A program made the translations under genes and the position numbers. From Alphaproteobacteria bacterium (GTDB lineage: Bacteria; Pseudomonadota; Alphaproteobacteria; MPNO01), in assembly GCA_964291675.2 (NCBI GenBank), contig OZ219866.1, forward strand, positions 704,001-768,000: a stretch of DNA of 64,000 bases, written 5' to 3'. The notes beneath the pieces were generated by a model, which had not been told where the DNA came from, did no database searches, and worked only from the letters and a program-made list of their open reading frames with translations. Below, in pieces: positions 60,764-64,000 of the stretch. The stretch's first letter is position 1; the number at the start of each line of letters is the position of its first letter.

Positions 60764-61771
60764 CTACCCCCGCGCCACCGCCTGCGGCAGCGGCAGCCTC
60801 AGCCCCGCGCCGATGTCGAGCGCCTTGCGATAGACGTGATGCGCGACGCCGATGTCGTGGCTGACCAGGCCCACGGTGTGGATCAGGTTGCGCTCGTCCG
60901 GGCGCGCGCGGCCGGAGGCCTCGCCCGCCACCAGATCGGCGATCTCGCCGTGCATGGTCTCGCGCGAGAACAGCCCGTCGGCGACGGTCTTGCGGAACTC
61001 GGGCGTCAGCATGTTGATGTCGAAATCGTCGACCACGATCTTGTCCATCGCCGGCCAGCCCGCCGGGTCGAGCTCGCGCCGGGCGAGCGAGACGAAGGTG
61101 GCGCCGGGCTTGAGCCATTCGGCGCGGCTCACGATGTCCCTGGACGTGGTGCCGCCGACCGCGATGTCGGCGCCGCGCACCGCCTCCTCGATCGAGGCGG
61201 TCGGGATGACCGGGATTCCGAGCGCCGCCGACCACTTGTCGGCGAACGCCTCGCGGGTCTCCTTCCGGCGCGAGGTGCAGCGGATCTCCGCGAAATCGTA
61301 CATCCCGGCGAGGCATTGCAGCGCGGTCGTCCCCATCGTGCCGACGCCGACGAGGCCGAGCACGCTGGCATCCGCGTTCGCCATCCACTTGCAGGCGAGG
61401 CAGGCCGCCGCGGTCGAGCGGATGGCGTAGGTCCAGTGCTCCTCGACGATGGCGAGCGCGACCGAGGTGACGGGATCGGAGAGCACGATGTAGCGGGTGG
61501 CGTCCAGGGTGCCGACGGTCGAGCGCTCGGCATCCTCGTAATAGGCGTAGAGCCTCACGCCCGAGACCGGGATTTCGGACAGGAGCGCGCCCTTGACGTG
61601 CCAGTGGTGATGGAAGCGGTCGTCGTCGAGCCGGAAAGCGGGCGGGTCGGTCCAGCTCACCGTGCCGTCGGCATGCATGCGGTAGACGTCCTCGCACACC
61701 GCCATCGCCTCGGCCGGGCTCAGCAGGTCGAGGGTTTCGGCATGCGACAGGAACAGGAGCTCGTCGTTCAT
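60764..61771 (-). CDS. Ornithine cyclodeaminase/mu-crystallin family
   Basis: RSTAA, GVGTMG NAD-binding motif, EIADLVAG..GR, GL..HD. Confidence 0.85.
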   Translation of the reverse strand: MNDELLFLSHAETLDLLSPAEAMAVCEDVYRMHADGTVSWTDPPAFRLDDDRFHHHWHVKGALLSEIPVSGVRLYAYYEDAERSTVGTLDATRYIVLSDPVTSVALAIVEEHWTYAIRSTAAACLACKWMANADASVLGLVGVGTMGTTALQCLAGMYDFAEIRCTSRRKETREAFADKWSAALGIPVIPTASIEEAVRGADIAVGGTTSRDIVSRAEWLKPGATFVSLARRELDPAGWPAMDKIVVDDFDINMLTPEFRKTVADGLFSRETMHGEIADLVAGEASGRARPDERNLIHTVGLVSHDIGVAHHVYRKALDIGAGLRLPLPQAVARG

Positions 61772-63546
61772 CGCGTCTCTCCCTCCGCGCTCGCCAGCGT
61801 CGCCATCGCCGCGCGCACCCGCTCGGTCGCCGCCGCGTCGAGCCGCATCGTGGCGGGGTCGATGACCACGCCGTAGAGGGCGCGCGCCGAGGCGAGCGAG
61901 ACATAGCCCTGGCGCACATCGTCCAGCACCGTCCCCGCCGGGCGTTCGAGCGGCGAGCCGAACCCGCCGCCGCCGCCCGAGTTCACGATGAAGGCATCGC
62001 CCGTCTCGATCCGTTTCCAGAACAGCTTGGCGTTGGGGAATTCCGGCCCGGCCTCGCCGTTCACCCGGAGCCCGACGCGGTTGCCGCGCCCGGCGCGTCC
62101 GCCCTCCAGCCCCCAGGGCTCGCAGTTGGCGCGATCGGCCTGGCTGTTGAAGTTGAGCGGCGAGCGCGCCTGCACCACGTATTCGATGCCGAGCCCGCCG
62201 CGATGGCGCCCCGCCCCGCCGGAATCGGGGATCAGCGCGTGACGCTCGATGACGATCGGGTAGTTGACTTCCATCAGCTCGGAGGGGCTGTTGTGGGTGT
62301 CGCCGTCGTTGAGGCAGACGGTGGCCGGCATGCCGTCCTCGTTGTGCTTGGCGCCCCAGCCGCCGCCGGTCGGCCCGATGGCACCGATGAACAGCGTGTT
62401 GGCGCGCGGGTCGATGCCGTTCATCCGCCCCATCACCAGATCGGCGTGGTGGCCGGCGGCGACGCGCTCGGGGATGGCCGGCGCGAGCGCCTTGAACACC
62501 GCGTCCACGATGGTCATCGGGAAGGTCATCCAGCTCCGCATCGCGGCCGGGCGCTCGGCGCTGACGATCCGCCCCGGCGGGATCACCGTCTTCAGCGGGC
62601 GGAAGCTGCCGTCGTTGATCGGGTAGTCGACAGGCGAGGTGATGCACTTGAAGGCGACCTGGGAGCAGGCATAGGCGGTGGTGATGCCCGAGTTGTAGAA
62701 CCCCTTCACCTGGCGCGAGACGTCGCTCAGGTCGATGGTCATCTCCTCGCCCGCGACGGTGACGCGGACGACGATCGGGACCTCCTTGCCGATGTCGATC
62801 CCGTCGTCGTCCATGAACGCCTCGGCCTCGTACACCCCGTCGGGGATCGAGCGCGTGCGTTCGCGCGCCGCCCGCTCCGACCGGTCCATGATGCGGCCGA
62901 GCGCGCCCAGTACCGCGCCCCTGCCGTAGCGCTCGATCAGGGCGAGAAAGCCGCGCTCGCCGGTGCGTACCGCGGTGAGCTGGGCGCGGAGGTCGCCGAG
63001 CGCGCGCTCCGGCATGCGGACGTTCATTGCGATGATGTCGACTAGGTCGCGGTTGAGCTCGCCCGCGCGCTGCAGCTTGAGGATCGGGACCTGCAACCCC
63101 TCGGCGTAGATGTCGGTGGTGATGCCCTGCAGCGTGCCGCCGATATCGAGCCAATGCGCCATGCAGCAGGAGAACCCGACGAGTGCGCCCTCGTGGTAGA
63201 CCGGCAGGCTCAGGGTGATGTGGTTGAGGTGGCTGCCGGTGACGTAGGCGTCGTTGGTGACCAGGATGTCGCCGGGCTCGATCCCGTCGACCCCGAAATG
63301 TTCCAGCTTGGCCTTCAGCGTCTCGGCCATGCCGCGGATGAACATCGGCAGGCCGAGCCCGATGGAGACCGTCTCGCCCTCGGCGGTGAACAGCCCGACG
63401 GTGAAGTCGAGCGCCTCGTAGATGATCATGTTGTAGGCGGTGCGCATGAGGTTGGTCTTCATCTCCTCGGTCACCGCCATGACCCCGTTGCGGACCAGCT
63501 CGGTGGTCACCGGGTCGGCCCGGATATCTGCGCCGTTCTCCGCCAT
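61768..63546 (-). CDS. Hydantoinase B/oxoprolinase family
   Basis: DPVT.E, NDAY..GSHLNH, HWLDIGG, DSGGAGRHRGG, GGGGFG.P. Confidence 0.9.
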   Translation of the reverse strand: MAENGADIRADPVTTELVRNGVMAVTEEMKTNLMRTAYNMIIYEALDFTVGLFTAEGETVSIGLGLPMFIRGMAETLKAKLEHFGVDGIEPGDILVTNDAYVTGSHLNHITLSLPVYHEGALVGFSCCMAHWLDIGGTLQGITTDIYAEGLQVPILKLQRAGELNRDLVDIIAMNVRMPERALGDLRAQLTAVRTGERGFLALIERYGRGAVLGALGRIMDRSERAARERTRSIPDGVYEAEAFMDDDGIDIGKEVPIVVRVTVAGEEMTIDLSDVSRQVKGFYNSGITTAYACSQVAFKCITSPVDYPINDGSFRPLKTVIPPGRIVSAERPAAMRSWMTFPMTIVDAVFKALAPAIPERVAAGHHADLVMGRMNGIDPRANTLFIGAIGPTGGGWGAKHNEDGMPATVCLNDGDTHNSPSELMEVNYPIVIERHALIPDSGGAGRHRGGLGIEYVVQARSPLNFNSQADRANCEPWGLEGGRAGRGNRVGLRVNGEAGPEFPNAKLFWKRIETGDAFIVNSGGGGGFGSPLERPAGTVLDDVRQGYVSLASARALYGVVIDPATMRLDAAATERVRAAMATLASAEGETR

Positions 63547-63646
63547 GCCGCGACAATAGCCCGCGTTGCCCAGCCCCTCAATTTCCCGCCAGCCCGGCCT
63601 CGAACCGCATGGTCCCCGCTCCCGCCCGCTGCGGACCGCCTCCCGG

Positions 63647-63691
63647 TTGCGAGTCTCCCGCCACGTCGATATATATCATTGATAGATAACG
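63647..63691 (+). promoter_or_regulatory. vapBC promoter/operator
   Basis: TTGCGA-N17-TATATA overlapping the palindrome CGATATATATCA-T-TGATAGATAACG. Confidence 0.6.
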
Positions 63692-63709
63692 ACACGGAGG
63701 GCGCCGGCA

Positions 63710-63961
63710 ATGACCAAGACCGCCAAGCTGTTCTGGAACGGGAGATCCCAGGCCGTGCGGCTCCCCAAGGAATTCCGCATGCCGGGCAAGGAGGTCCGGA
63801 TCCGCCGCCAGGGCGCGGCGGTCGTGCTCGAGCCGATCTCGGACGGCTGGGAGTGGCTCGATGAAATCCAGGGCAAGTTCTCCGACGATTTCTTCGCCGA
63901 AGGCCGCAACCAGCCACCGATGCCGCCGCCGCGGCCCGGCCTCGACGACGCCTTCGAATGA
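63710..63961 (+). CDS. vapB: VapB (AbrB-type) antitoxin
   Basis: AKLFWNGRSQAVRLPKEFR. Confidence 0.9.
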   Translation: MTKTAKLFWNGRSQAVRLPKEFRMPGKEVRIRRQGAAVVLEPISDGWEWLDEIQGKFSDDFFAEGRNQPPMPPPRPGLDDAFE

Positions 63962-64000
63962 TGCGCTACCTGCTGGACACCAATGCCTGCGTCGCGCTCC
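63958..64000 (+). CDS. vapC: VapC PIN toxin, N-terminus (truncated by window end)
   Basis: MMRYLLDTNACVAL, overlapping the vapB stop. Confidence 0.8.
   Translation, partial: MMRYLLDTNACVAL

Noticed and set aside
58452-63556. Apparent 712-aa and 930-aa fusion ORFs
   Set aside because: Stop-free upstream frames overlapping other real genes; true starts are at 59417 and 61771.

Overview
GC-rich alphaproteobacterial DNA (inferred from the pckA-chvIG-hprK-rapZ-EIIA-HPr-ahcY-tsaE-amgK-murU-addBA-trxA cluster). (1) 1-19.3 kb is an accessory region with IS256, IS21, IS3 and serine-recombinase remnants. It holds a stand-alone lpxA, three intact cytochrome b561 genes plus a fragment, a penicillin acylase, a NYN protein, an EF-hand/two-component module and a fused GAF-PAS-kinase-receiver-winged-helix regulator. 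(2) 19.7-29.6 kb holds a polar amino acid ABC/ureohydrolase module and a branched-chain-type ABC transporter. (3) 29.7-48.2 kb holds tRNA-Arg(CCG) and core genes. (4) 48.2-64 kb holds a DUF3883-type nuclease, a TonB-dependent receptor and catabolic/TRAP genes. Seven type II toxin-antitoxin loci lie between 29.9 and 64 kb. The most unusual signal is non-coding. A diverged ~60-90 bp element occurs three times (~790, ~15000, ~16240); two copies head co-oriented runs of unrelated genes whose spacers share hairpin motifs. This is a candidate integron-like cassette or shared regulatory system, but no intact recombinase is in the window. All alignments were done by eye. No CRISPR array or rRNA was seen.
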